Shown here piece by piece: positions 29,790 to 43,392 of a DNA stretch of 64,000 nt. The notes below the pieces were generated by a model. The model was given only the letters and a program-made list of their open reading frames with translations, searched no databases and was not told the DNA's origin. The stretch is taken from NCBI RefSeq assembly GCF_009914755.1, contig NC_060945.1. One strand, written 5' to 3'. The position numbers and the translations under genes are program-made. The DNA comes from the human T2T-CHM13v2.0 reference genome, Homo sapiens. Position 1 is the stretch's first letter; each line of letters opens with the position of its first letter.

Positions 29790-31800
29790 TATTTAGAAGA
29801 CGAAATTGACAAATACTTGGTGAATAGATGGAAATGTCCCATGATCAAGACAGAGGAAGTGTTGTGGCTCCTTGCAAAGCCAGAGAAAACACTAGGGGAG
29901 AGAGGAAAGTAACTGGCTCAGTTAAGGTTGTCTATGATAGAAACAAGCAAAGAAATAAAGTAGATGTCAAGAAAGCATTTGACACATGGATCTGGAGCTC
30001 AGGGAAAAGCTATGGACTGGAGATACCAATTTGAAAATCATCCACAAAGAATCAGGTTATTGAAACTATGGGAGTGGATGAGATTGCTCAGGATAGTGTG
30101 AAGCATACAAAGGAAATAATTCCTAGAACTGAGCCCGAGGAAACATAAACATTGGAGGGAAGACAGAGAAAGGAACCTAAAGAGAAACTAACGGAGGGCC
30201 AGAAAGGTGGAAAGAATATGAAAGTACAGTGGTGAAAAGAAGTGAAGAAGGAGCCCTTTAAACAAGTGAGTGGTCAACAATATTAAATGTGATGAAGAGT
30301 TTAAGTGAAATAACTTTCAAAGTGTCTAATAGACACAGCAATAAGTAGTTTACTAGCACTCTTGATGGAAACAATTTCAACCAGGTGCCAAAAACTTTAA
30401 GGAGGAAAATGTGGTTTGACAGAAAAATATTTGGTTACAAAAGGGCAGCAAAAAGTAGGATGGTAACTGAATAAGGAGAATAACTGTTGTTGTTGTTATT
30501 GTTGTCGTTGTTTTGTGATGGTTTTAAAATGAGAAGAATGAGTTGTTTTCTGTCAGCTGATGAGAAGGAGTCAGTAGAAAGGAAGAAGGTGAAGATAAGA
30601 GAACAACTCAGTGTTTTTCAGACTTGCCTTAAGATATGATCCCTTTCTATCATTTGTTTAAAAGATAGATTTCTAGAGGAGAAGTCTTATAACCTGTATT
30701 TTTAACTGTCTGTGTTTGTTACAGGAGAGAATTGGGAAAGACTGGGTGGAATGCAATAAATGTAAAGGTTTGGTGACTGACTTCCTTGTCTTCTGTTTCC
30801 TCCATGAAGTGGGATATGAGTCCCCTTCTGAGAGTCATGCAAGGATTTCTAGGCACTGTTAAGAACCCACGTAGAAAGAAGATGTTAAGTGACGGTAGAA
30901 CCAGTTTTCAGGGTTGCCTGATTTTTTGAAGCAGCACTTCACAGAAGTCGAGGTGACCAGGATTGACATGCAAGTTCTAAGAGACAGGTTAGAACTCACC
31001 TTTTCTTCATGGAAGAAAAGCAGGGAATGGGGGTTCAAAAATATTACCAAAGATTGCATGAAATGATAATCATGGAGAATGCAGGGAAAAGAGAGCGAAT
31101 ATAGGTTTGCCTGGGACTCAGGAATTCTCTAGAAGTTGGATAGTCAATGCTAAAACCAGGTAAATCTCAGGTAAAGCAGGATCATTGATTATCCAAGACA
31201 GCAAAGATGATAGAAGGCTAGATTTGGGAATCTAAGTAAAATAAAAACCAAATGTAGTGAGAATAACTGAATTTAAAACTTATAAATAGAAGAGATTGTG
31301 ATCAGAGATTGAAATACTTAGAGTTGGGTTTTCAGAGATGGGTTAGTTCTAAGTAATAAGATTCATGGTTTAAGGTCATGAAAGTTGATGGCCAAAGTGT
31401 GGTGCACATGCAGGACATGGAGCTATGAAGATCATGAAGCTGGAAAAGAGATTAAGTTTAATACAGTTTTTCATGTAATCTATGACATTACCCAGGGTGG
31501 TGGCAGAACAAAATGAGAAGAGTAACCGTGATGTTAGTTCATCTTCTGACATAGCAAGAAGTGAGTAGATGCCAGTCTAGGCCAGGATGAGAAGGGACAG
31601 AGTATGGTACAGCCAGATGGCATCAGTTTAAATGCTCTAAAGACTTGATTCGAGTTTAAGGGATAATTATTTAGAAGAAGCAGTTAAAAATAGACCACAA
31701 GCCCTGGCCCTAAATTATGTGGGATATGGTAGAATGAAGAGTATACCTCTGATAAGACCAAAAAGATGCAAAGTTATTATCGGGGAAAACCAAGTTGCTG
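29790..31800 (-). mobile_element. L2 fragments
   Basis: 'tggatctggagctcaggga...ggactggagata...ttgaaactatgggagtggatgagatt' typical of antisense L2; boundaries approximate. Confidence 0.55.
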
Positions 31801-31909
31801 TTAGAGTAAGGGAGTAGAGAACGATGCAACAAAATGGTTAAGGATGTATAATTTTTTTATGTTAGTTTCATGTAAAACCTAAAAAGCAAACATCGTCTTG
31901 CTTTATCAG

Positions 31910-31970
31910 GCCCTCATTGGATCAAGGAAAACAGCTCTCAATGAAAAAAGAAAAGATCCCTGTTGGTGGG
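31910..31970 (+). pseudogene. ABCC13: Exon I (61 nt): linker RPSLDQGKQLSMKKEKIPVGG
   Basis: ctttatcag|G acceptor, GGG|gtaagc donor; 'KE...G' motif that precedes TMD2 in MRPs. Confidence 0.85.
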
Positions 31971-32510
31971 GTAAGCACCAGAAGAACTAATGTTATTTGC
32001 TATTAACCACCTAAACATAAAATCTTACCTTGCATTATTGATAAATACTATAGATTTCTCATTTAATTTGAGGAGAATTGCTATATAATAGTTTGAGGAA
32101 GTTGAATGAAATGGAATTGTTGGTGGTTAGTTAGGATTACACGTTATTTAGTTATGTATATTCTTTTTCACTAATGAGAGCAACTAACATTAATTGAGAT
32201 TTTAAGGGTTCAGTACTGTGCTTGACACTCTACATATACTTATGTGGTGACTACTGTTCTTCTAATTAACAGGTGATTCATCTGAGGATTACAGGTGTTA
32301 GTGACTTGACCAAGATCACAAAGCTTAGGAAACGTCAGAATAGGGTTTAAATTGAGGTGTTACTTTAAAGTACATCTTTGAAATGCTGTATCTTACTACG
32401 TATTTAATTGATGCTAATCAGAAACTATCAATAAGGGAACTTATTCAGAAATGGCATGTCATGTTCCGGTATCTCTTGGTAATCTAATTTTATATCAATT
32501 TTGCCTTTAG

Positions 32511-32730
32511 TTGAAGTTCTCCATCATTCTGCAGTACCTCCAAGCCTTTGGCTGGCTCTGGGTGTGGCTGACTGTGGTCACTTACTTAGGGCAGAATTTG
32601 GTGAGCATTGGACAGAATCTATGGCTTAGTGCATGGGCAAAAGAAGCAAAAAACATGAATGAGTTCACAGAATGGAAGCAAATAAGAAGCAATAAACTTA
32701 ACATCTATGGATTATTGGGATTAATAAAAG
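32511..32730 (+). pseudogene. ABCC13: Exon J (220 nt): start of TMD2, LKFSIILQYLQAFGW...NLWLSAW...IYGLLGLIK
   Basis: gcctttag|TTG acceptor, AAG|gtaaaa donor. Confidence 0.94.
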
Positions 32731-33614
32731 GTAAAAGAAAATGTAAAGCTGTTTCTCTTTTCTTTTTCTGACCTAATTGATTCAAACACAAACTAGTGGC
32801 ATCGTGTTATTTCAAATAAAATCTGGGCCATAATTTTCAAATATTTGGGGATAACTCAAATGCATATGTTTCCACTTTACCATATTTGAGAGAATAATCC
32901 AAAACTTATGGTGTCATCTACATGGCTCACATTAAATATTACACATAGTTACTTAATCTTGAAAATAATTATTTAAAAAGGTGCTGTTGTCCTCATTTTA
33001 CAGCTGAGGAAACTGAGGCTTTTATGTAAAGTCATGAAAGATTCAAAAATGGCCACTGTGTATATGTGAAGGTTGTGGGTGATGTGAAGATAAATAGGTG
33101 TCTATTAAGGGGTTTAAAGCCTAGTGAGCCTAGGTCACGTATACAATCAAACTACATGATCAGCATTAAACACTATAAAGATAGTGAAAGAAAACACTGT
33201 GAGAATTCAGAGCAAGGGGAGGCTGTATTGGGTTGCCATATTAATGTGATTTCTAAGGAGTACTTGACAATTGAGGGGAGACTAAAAGGATGAATAGAAG
33301 TTTATCAGCTTGAGATCACAGAGAAGGAGAGAAAGTCATAGAGGCAGATAGACAGGTGTGAGTAAAGACAGGGATGGGGAGGTAAGAAGGTATTTGGCAA
33401 GAGTGAGGGTGCCAGTTTGAGTGGTCTTCAGGTTATTGGTAGGGAAAAGTAGGGGAGCTAAAGGTGAGAAGGAAGATTGGAGATATGTCAGAGATGATCA
33501 TTGGGAAGGCAAGTGGAGGATTTTGGAAAATTGATGAAGGAAGTGACATAGTTGGATTTGTATTTCAAATAATAAATTAGCAGTGATAATAAAAAGATGG
33601 GTTTTTATTGGAGG

Positions 33615-33649
33615 GACTAAAGTCAGAGAGACTAAAGTCAGAGAGACTA
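33615..33649. repeat. 15-bp tandem duplication (gactaaagtcagaga)x2.3
   Basis: Exact copies at 33615 and 33630. Confidence 0.85.
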
Positions 33650-36600
33650 GAATGAAGCAGGGGTTGGTAGGAAAAGAATAATCAAGTGTATTTGGGAGTC
33701 CAGAAGAAAGGTAGTCTAGTATAGAAAGATCTCCTATCTGATCCATGGCTGTGTCACCCAAAATAACCAATAGGTAAGAAGCAGAAGAGAATTGAATAAA
33801 TACCGAATGAAAGAGTGAATGAATGGCCAGAGAGCTACAATGGAATTGGATAATAGGGATGAATAGGAAAGACATTACAGTGAAAAACCTAAGAATTGTC
33901 CATTTGAGGGTGAGTCAGGAAAGGGCATTCATTAGTCAATCATGCTTTTGAGGTTTAGGTTGGGTAACTGGGATATCAATGATGACAAAAATAAGGAAAA
34001 CAGGAAACCAGGAAAAAAATAGGAAACCACTAATCAAACCAGAGCCTTAATTAGTGAAGGACAGAAATGGTGAGTTCATTGTTGGACACATTTAATGGGA
34101 AGTTTTGATGAATTTTTCCATTTTTTTTTCTCCAGTTGGCAGACTAAAAATGCACATCTGTAAGTCTGGAAATTAGGCTTCTTTATCTGTAAAATGAGGG
34201 GCTTAAACTGGATGATTTCTACATTTCTGTCAAATTCTAACATTCTAGAGCTCTTAGTTCTACTTACTCTTGGAATTATTCTGTAGAGATAATCAGTGAA
34301 CCCATAGGAGTAGATAGGATCACCATGAATGAGGAATAAGAGCCATGAGAGTGAATGACAGATTCTTGAGGGGTGTCCACATAGAGCTGATTAGTGGACT
34401 AACTTCACAGAAATTGAACAGAGATAAGTTCCTCGTCAGATGATCAGAGGGAGAGAAGGAGACAGAACAACAGCCACAATGATGTGAATGCCTGCTCCAT
34501 GTCTGGAAACCCAGGCATGTTTTCATTGTTGAAGTTGAAACAAATGAAAATGCCTGTATTTGACTTGTTCTGACCCACAAAAATGGCAATTTCATACGGC
34601 TTAAGCTAACACAGTAGTTTATTTAGCATGTACCCTAATGAGGGAGCTCTGACACTCTTTACTTAAACTTTGTTACTTATGGTTTCAGTTTTATCACTTG
34701 TAAAGGATAGATATTGTTTCCTTGATTACATCAAATATGTGTAGTGCATACTCAAGAGTGCAATAAATGTTAGCTATTATTTAACAATAGAAAATATAAA
34801 TAATTATGACAAAGCCCTGTGACTGGTAAGTTTTGGAGCCGGATTTGCATCCATGTCCAGCTTACTCCCAAGCCAATGTTCTTAAAAACTAAATTGGCAT
34901 TTACATGGACAGTAATGAGACATTCTACAAACACCAGGTTCTATTTCAATAGGTTTGGGAAACTGAGTTCCTCCATGAATCTGAAATCTTTTTTCTTTCC
35001 TTCATTAAAGGTTTTGAGATATTCTACAATAAAATGACCTGTTTAATTCTGTTTAGCACAATGCTCCTCAAATTTATTTGACCATGATTTTTTTCCTTGT
35101 GTTGCTCATTAATATCTTGGAGCAACTTGTGTTCCACAGAATATACTTTGAGAAATTCCAAACTGTGAGCATTGCCTTCCAAGAAACAGAAAAGTATGAT
35201 GTAACAAAGGCAAAAAAAAAAAAATACTGTTTGAAGTAAATTCTCAGTAGTTCTGAAATGTTACATATCTATTAAAAACAAAGAAAATTAAGAAATGATT
35301 CTTGATTATAGTAAAGGAAACATGATCAAGAGAGAAATGGAAAAAGAATATAGATTGTAGTTAATTGAATAATTGTTTGGAAAATTCAAAAGTATAGTAT
35401 AACTAAAGGGAAGTTTTTTTTAGAGATAATTTCTTGTGTTTGTATCAAGTGAAACAGGTGCACCTAGAGTGAGACTGGTAGTAACGCAAATAAGAAAATA
35501 ATAGAGCCATCTATGTGGAAGTTGTTATATCTTCATATTCATATCCATATGGGAAAACAGAGAGAGATGCATGATTTTGGTAATGGAAAAGTCAGATAAA
35601 ACAAAAACTATGAAACTTAGAACCTTGCTTCTCTTTTCTCCTCTCTTATTTTTACTGTCTGGCCATAGTACTGCTTGTAACTGTCTCCATTTAAAAATAG
35701 GCAGATATTATGAGACAGATTTATGTTTGTTCTGTCATTTTGTTAACATTCACTGGGAAAAGAGATGTTCATAACGAAAATGAGATATAAGAATTATCTG
35801 GAGTATGGAAGAACAGGACTTTACAACTTCTTTGCTTTTGAGTCAGTGAGAGTCAGATTTATTGACTTGCAGTTTGCAACTCAGTGAGGAAGATACAGAT
35901 GTAGAGGTCTCAAATTATAGCAAGAGAAACATCCATATATACATGAATCTCCGTATCTCTGCATGTCACATGTACATATGAAGGCTAAATTCACACCAAT
36001 TCAGTGAAATTATGTTACAGCTTTAGAGTAGATGCAATAACCTTTGAAGAACATTTTAAGTGAGTAAATAGCATTTCTATAACATATAAAGTATGCAATT
36101 TTAGTGTCCATAATATTACTTATGTAAAGCCTTAATTTTAATTAACTGTCAGTAAATATAGAAAGAGTTTATAACCAAAGAAACAGATTATGAACAGTTT
36201 TATCATAAAGATTTTTTTCCTGATTGGCTTTTGTTTAGAGTGGTCTGCAGTTGTTAGAATATTAATCTTCCCTGATATATTGCTGCTTCACATTTTTTAC
36301 ATTTAAAAAATTTTTAATTTTTAAGGCTTATTAAGTGCAATTGCAAATTATGTTTCCATAAGTAAGGTGAGCCTAGAAATAAAAATCTATAATTTCTGGG
36401 TTTTTTTGTTTTTTTCTTGGTAGAACTCAGCTCTCTTATGGAACCTGATTTAATTGAGAGCAGGCTATATTCACTGACATCATCATAGCTCATTTATATT
36501 TTTTATTTTTTGGAACTTTAAAGCATAAACAGCACTTTCACATGTTAATACTAGAGGCCCACTACAAAAAATATAGAAGGCTAGCATTCAAACAAAACTG

Positions 36601-37966
36601 GAGAACTGAAGCTGAAAATGCTACATCCATATTTTATGACACTAATAAAGATCTTACCTCATTTTTTAAAAAAGAAATTGCCCTGAATAGTTTTTTTCCC
36701 TGAGTCTCAGCTATTCGCTTCAAATTTCTAGGATACTTGGCACATTTCTAATGTATCGTGTTTTATGTCTCACTGTTGGGAACTTCCTTTCTCCGATCCA
36801 ATGTGTAAAATATAGGCACCTTATTTTCAAAGTGTGATGATTAAGGAGCACACTGCTGCTTCCAGTTTAAGAGGGCTAAGTGGTTCATTTACTTTACTTA
36901 CCTCACTAAATTCCACTGAAAGGACAGTGAATAAATATAAAAGGAAAGGTGTAAGGAGACTTCAGAGTAATACATTTCTATATACGGGAATATATATGGG
37001 ACAGAAAATGAAGGGTAGAAGAAAACCTGTAGCCAGGAACAGATACTGGAGAAGCTGGAGCAGAAGAGGGAGATGTTCAGTTGAGCCATGGAAAAACACT
37101 AAACTTATGTTCACAGGTACAGAGGGAAGAATTGAGTTTCATGGAAGTAATCAAAGTAATTCATTAGAACGTTGTTCTGATGGCCCATCAGCCTCTTTTA
37201 GAACAACGCTGCTACCACCACCAATGTATACAGCCACTGTGATAGTAACAGTATGATGAAAACTAGAAAGCTGATGTTTAAAGAGGAAATTAGGGTTTCT
37301 AGCATGTGTGACACAGATAGAAGGAAGCCTCCTTATTGTGGCTTTTGGAGAAGGCTCAGCCAACTTGACTTGCATCCCAGTATGAAGCCTTTCAGGGTCA
37401 TACCTTCCCACTTAAGCAGAACTTGAAGCAAACTCTTCCATTCAGGGGAGAGAAATGTTGGGGGAAATTAACATATGCAACGGCAGAAGAAAGTCACATC
37501 AGGTACCTATATTAATTAACCATGTCTTTGTCTCATATTTTTAAACTGATAATGCCCATCCAGGGAATACATTTCACTCAAACCAACAGCATAAATAAAA
37601 GTCAACAAATACAGCAGTCAGGCCCAGAAGTAAAACAACAATATGTGGAATACAATTAGACCTTCAAAATGTCTAATTACTGCTTTCAGAGATTCAAAAT
37701 ATTGCATCCATGAAGTCAATGTGGAATGTGCTAAAATAAGTTCAGCCTGAGAACAAGAAAGCTCTTGAAAACATTTTAAAAGGTTGTACAAATGTAACAT
37801 AAGTTAGAAGAAATTATCCCAAATGTACAACATTATAAACAGAGATGGAAAATGAAAGATAAGAAAAAATTACAGGTACAGTTCAAGAAGTTTAACATGT
37901 ATATAAAAAGTTTCAGTAAATGGGGAAAAAATACTAAGTACATAATATTTTTAAAAAATACTTCCT

Positions 37967-38345
<379 letters not shown>

Positions 38346-39885
38346 TTAGAGCAGGAAGACCGAGAGTCCCAAGGCAGTAGTTTATGTTGCAGAGTGCTGG
38401 TGCTAAATAAGATTAAATAAACAGTAGGATATTTGATGAGTTTGAGTGTATTCAGAAGAGACTTTTGGCTATTGAAGTGTTTGGGAATAAATTAGCCCTA
38501 GTTACACAGAAAATTAAGCATACAGAAAAATAGTGACACAAGCTACATATTTGGTGACCTTCATGAGCAATATGTGTTTATTGAATATTTGAGAAAAAAT
38601 GGGTAATCTATTGGAAGGGAAATAGGGAAGTATGGGAGGAATGGAGGAAAATAATAGAACACACTTAAGACTGAGAAAGCTAATAGCCGTATGATATATT
38701 ATTCAAAAATATAAGGAAATTAGCTAAAAGAACGTAAGATGGTGAGAAGCAACTAGTTTGTTTTGTTTTGTTTTGTTTTAAACATGATACCTGCAAAGGA
38801 ACAAGGATCATATTGGCAACACACTTTTATTAGCACTTTTGTATGCTAGAGTCCAATGGAACAGTTGTGTATCTTTTAAGACTCAAGAGCAAACTGGCTT
38901 AAGTAACATGGAAGTGTATTGACACCCAAAGGTAAAATGCCCAGGCATCGATTTTTAAACACACTTGATCCAGAGGTTCAAATAAAGTGTTCACAACTCT
39001 CTTAATTTTGCAGATCTACTTATTTTGTGCTGGTTGGTTTTGTTCCCAGGCTTCACATATTGATGGAAATGTATCTTTCAAAGAACTTTCTTCTGTTTCT
39101 ATGTGTGCTAATAACTGTTTTTCAGCTTCTTCCACTAAAGCTGCAAGTTTACCTGCTAAGTAGCTAATGCAAGAACAACCCTCCCATCAACCACTTCTCA
39201 GGAGCTTAGGACACCAAAAGAATTGTAGCCCTCACTCATTTTATGTGTCCACTGTGGGTCAGGAAAGGGACTCTGCTTATCCTACGGACTCCAGCTGAGG
39301 AAACGAGCCAAGCACCATTTTAAATGCTGGCAGGCACTGTGCAAAGGGAGTAGGACTGACACCAGCAATTAAATGTTCTAACTCGGAAGTGTCATATATC
39401 ATTTCTCTTATAATTCATGGTTCAAAACTATTCATTTGGGTCTATCAACCAAAAGGGGGCCAGAAAGTTCAACTCTACTATGTACCAAGAACCTGGGAGA
39501 ATGGAAATATTTGGCTAAAAGCACTGGTAACTAACATATTGTCCCACAGAACATCATAAAGGTAATACGTTGCTAAACTTCTCTGCATTAGATCGACTTT
39601 TTATCTTCTGTACATTTCTGTGTGGAACCTATGACCACAAATGAGAGCGTTCTGCTGTAGCAGCATGGCAAAACATCAGAAATGTGTATTTATTTCACAT
39701 ACATCATATATTATGTTTATATTTATTTTAGTCTACAATTACACATTTTAGGTATAATGTTTGAGTTTTCAGTTAAAATAATATAAATAGCTTTTATAAT
39801 TAATCTTTTTACAGCAATCTTTTGAAAGCTAAAACACAAATTTCCTTATATTATTAATGTAACTGTGATAACTATGTGAGTTTAG

Positions 39886-40040
39886 GTCTTTTTGTCTGCT
39901 CTGGAGCCTACGTCATCACTAGAGGATCCCTGGCTGCCTCTCGAACCATGTATGTTCAACTGTTAAATAATGTACTGCACCTCCCCATCCAGTTTTTTGA
40001 AACAAATTCCACAGGCCAGATCATCAGTCGTTTCACCAAG
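39886..40040 (+). pseudogene. ABCC13: Exon K (155 nt): GLFVCSGAYVITRGSLAASR...FFETNSTGQIISRFTK
   Basis: tttag|GT acceptor (weak pyrimidine tract), AAG|gtaagc donor; MRP 'FF.T...G.I..RF' motif. Confidence 0.92.
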
Positions 40041-40347
40041 GTAAGCAAAGACACACCTTATTAAATAGCATACATAAAAGTGACCCATATTTAGTACCTT
40101 ATATGCTCACTTGTACAAAATATTATGTGTTTTATGTAGATTTCATTGTTAAGTATATTTCTAAGCGTTAGGACGTATATAATTGATGTACAACAGAGTC
40201 ACATTTTGTACATATAATTAAAATAACACTGAAAAATTACTTAAGAATCCAAGAAACACATGCTTTGAGATGTACCACTCTAATTCTTCCACACATCGAG
40301 TTTGAGAATCACTGCTTTAGGCTAAGAAGGGAAAGAAAATGTAAGTT

Positions 40348-40858
<511 letters not shown>

Positions 40859-40987
40859 TTAAAAACATCCTGCCTTTAAGAAAACATAACGTCACTTATG
40901 GTGAATGGGGAATGAGTTGAGATTTTCAGAGTGTCTCTGCTTATCTGTAGGAGTTTTCTCATTGTGTCTACTATAAAATGTTTCTAA

Positions 40988-41305
40988 TAGAACTGTCCAA
41001 TAAAGATAAAATGCAAACCACGTATGTGATTTTAAATTTCCTGGTAGCCATAATAAAGAAGTAAAAGAAAACACAATGGAAAGAATTAATTGTGATAATA
41101 CATTTTATTTAACACAGTATATCCAAAACATTATTCCCAACTGTAATTAATATAAAATTATTGATTAAACTTTACACTTTTTTGTACAAAGTATTTTAAA
41201 TCTGGTTTTTATCATGTGCTTATAGCATATCTCAATTTGCAATAGCCACATTCCAAGTGTTCAGTAGTCACATATTGCTAGTGGTCCCTATATTAAGATG
41301 CGCAA
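40988..41305. mobile_element. MER33/MER3-like hAT-Charlie relic
   Basis: 'ctgtccaata...gccacattccaagtgttcagtagtcacatattgctagtgg'. Confidence 0.7.
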
Positions 41306-41865
41306 GTCCATAACCTCAAAGTGTATAAACACATTTCTATGTATATGTAAAAACATGGTGGGTGTATAAAGGGAAGTGAAGATAAAACACAAAAACATAA
41401 ATGAAAGTACCTAACATAATAAATTTCTAATGTAATATTAAATCAAGCTTAATTGTACCAAAGTACATACTGTCTTTTGAAAAATTATAGAAGAATTTGA
41501 TCACCACCATTCTGTTTCTCCCAGAGGACATTTCTGACTACAACCCTACTGATTTATTATCTTTTTTATATAGTAAAATTTCAAATGATTGAGTCTTAAG
41601 CAGATGGGAGTACGGGCAGGTAAATTCAAAACAGGAAATTCCATGTGAATACAATACTGTTACATTGTTTGGTATATGAAATAACCAGGGAACTCCCAAA
41701 AGAGGGTAGAATTAACAAAATTTCATCTCTATTTTTTATATCAGTTTTGTCCTGAACTGAGTAGTTCATCCAGTCAAGGTTCAGTGTCTTAGTATTCCCT
41801 GGCATCTCTCAGGTCATACCTTGTGCCACAAACAGATTAAGTTATATGCAACAAAGTGTAAAACA

Positions 41866-42147
41866 GGCTGGGTGCGGTGGCTCATGCCTGTAATCCCAAC
41901 ACTTTGGGAGGCCGAGGCAGGTGGATCACCGAGACCAGCCTGGTCAACATGACGAAACCCCGCCTCTACTAAAAATATAAAAACTCGCTGGGCATGGTGG
42001 CTCATGACTGCAATCCTGGCTACGTGGGAGGCTGAGGCACGAGAATTGCTTGAACCTGGGAGGCAGAGGTTTGCAGTGAGCCGATATCGCACCACTGTAC
42101 TGCAGCTTGGGTGACACAGCGAGACTTTCTCTCAAAAAAAAAAAAAA
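41866..42147 (+). mobile_element. AluS with ~15-nt left-arm deletion
   Basis: 'ggatcacc-gagaccagcc' lacks tgaggtcaggagttc. Confidence 0.9.
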
Positions 42148-42745
42148 GTACATATCAATGCATGACCTTCCCTTTGTCCTTCTCTCATTCCTATTTGCCA
42201 CTCCATCTTTCAGTTCATAATTTTATAAATGAAGATTATCTTGTTTTCCTGTCTCTTTTGATATGAGTAGGATCCAGTTACCCAGGAAGGCCACTGAACA
42301 TGTTCTTAGTTGATAACAATGCCCCAGGAGTGATTTACAAATTTTGAGTCATAAATAATGGTAGCCCAATGCCCCAAATACTGGAATTAAAAAAAAACAG
42401 CTATTGAATTATGGACTGTTTTTTCATTTTTGTTTTTGCTTTTTTGATCAAAGTCTGACTTTAATTGTATAATTAATTGCCATGTAGTGGTCACTGGGAA
42501 ATATAAATTGCTTGATGATAAGTATCTTGAAATCGGAACAGCCTTTTAATTGTTATAGTTGACTACAGGGGAAAAATATATGGGGATGAGCAAAGATCAT
42601 GTAGTTAGATTTATTTATGAAATCAATAGATTGTCATACCTGGGTAAACATTTTTAATTTTGCCATTGAATAATATATTTCTTCTTTCTCTCATTTTAAA
42701 CTGTAAAAAGTTAAAAATAAAGTGACCTAATATCAAATTTTTCAG

Positions 42746-42901
42746 GGCGTATTTATAATTGATATGCGTTTGCATTACTATTTACGGCTGTGGGTGAATT
42801 GTACATTGGATATTATTGGAACAGTTTTGGTCATTGTGGGAGCTTTGCCCCTCTTCATTCTGGGGATTATTCCCTTAGTGTTCTTCTATTTCTCTATACA
42901 A
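42746..42901 (+). pseudogene. ABCC13: Exon L (156 nt): GVFIIDMRLHYYLRLWVNCTLDIIGTVLVIVGALPLFILGIIPLVFFYFSIQ
   Basis: tttttcag|GGC acceptor, CAA|gtaaat donor; hydrophobic TM helices; not shown in the ORF track. Confidence 0.9.
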
Positions 42902-42984
42902 GTAAATGCATACATTTTTATTTGTATTAATAACTTATAAGTTCACAATCAAATATAGTTTCAGACCCACTTAAACCTCCTCTT

Positions 42985-43392
42985 TGTCCAGGTTCTCTAA
43001 GAAGCAGAGTCGAAGAAAGAAATACATGTACTAGAGATTTTACTGGGGGAAATGCCTGTAAAAGATAAAGGAGAGGGAGCAGAAGAAGGCTGGGCTGAGC
43101 AAGTCCTCAGACAGCCACTCAGGCTGAATCCCTGTGATTGAGAAAAGGAAAGAAGACGGATTGGGTAACAAGGGTCTTGGACGACAGGACAGTTCTATAA
43201 CAGGTTCAACAGGAAGTTCTCAATCACAGTTGTCCATTGGAGGGTCTCATGTGCACTTTCTGCCAGTACTCAGTCATTGGCTGGCCTCTATGCTAATACA
43301 GCAGTGGATCTATCAGTGCAGTCTCAGGGGCTGTCAGTCAGCTATGCTCCTGCAGCAGGAGAGCTGGGGCCTGCATTTTTATGCCCGCCACA
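42985..43392 (-). mobile_element. ERVL LTR16-like LTR
   Basis: 'ggttctctaagaagcagag...ttttactgggggaaatgcctgt...gagcagaagaaggc' resembles reverse LTR16. Confidence 0.5.

Noticed and set aside
36834-37411. 140-aa and 86-aa ORFs in the J-K intron
   Set aside because: No similarity to a family I recognise; exons J and K already join in frame.
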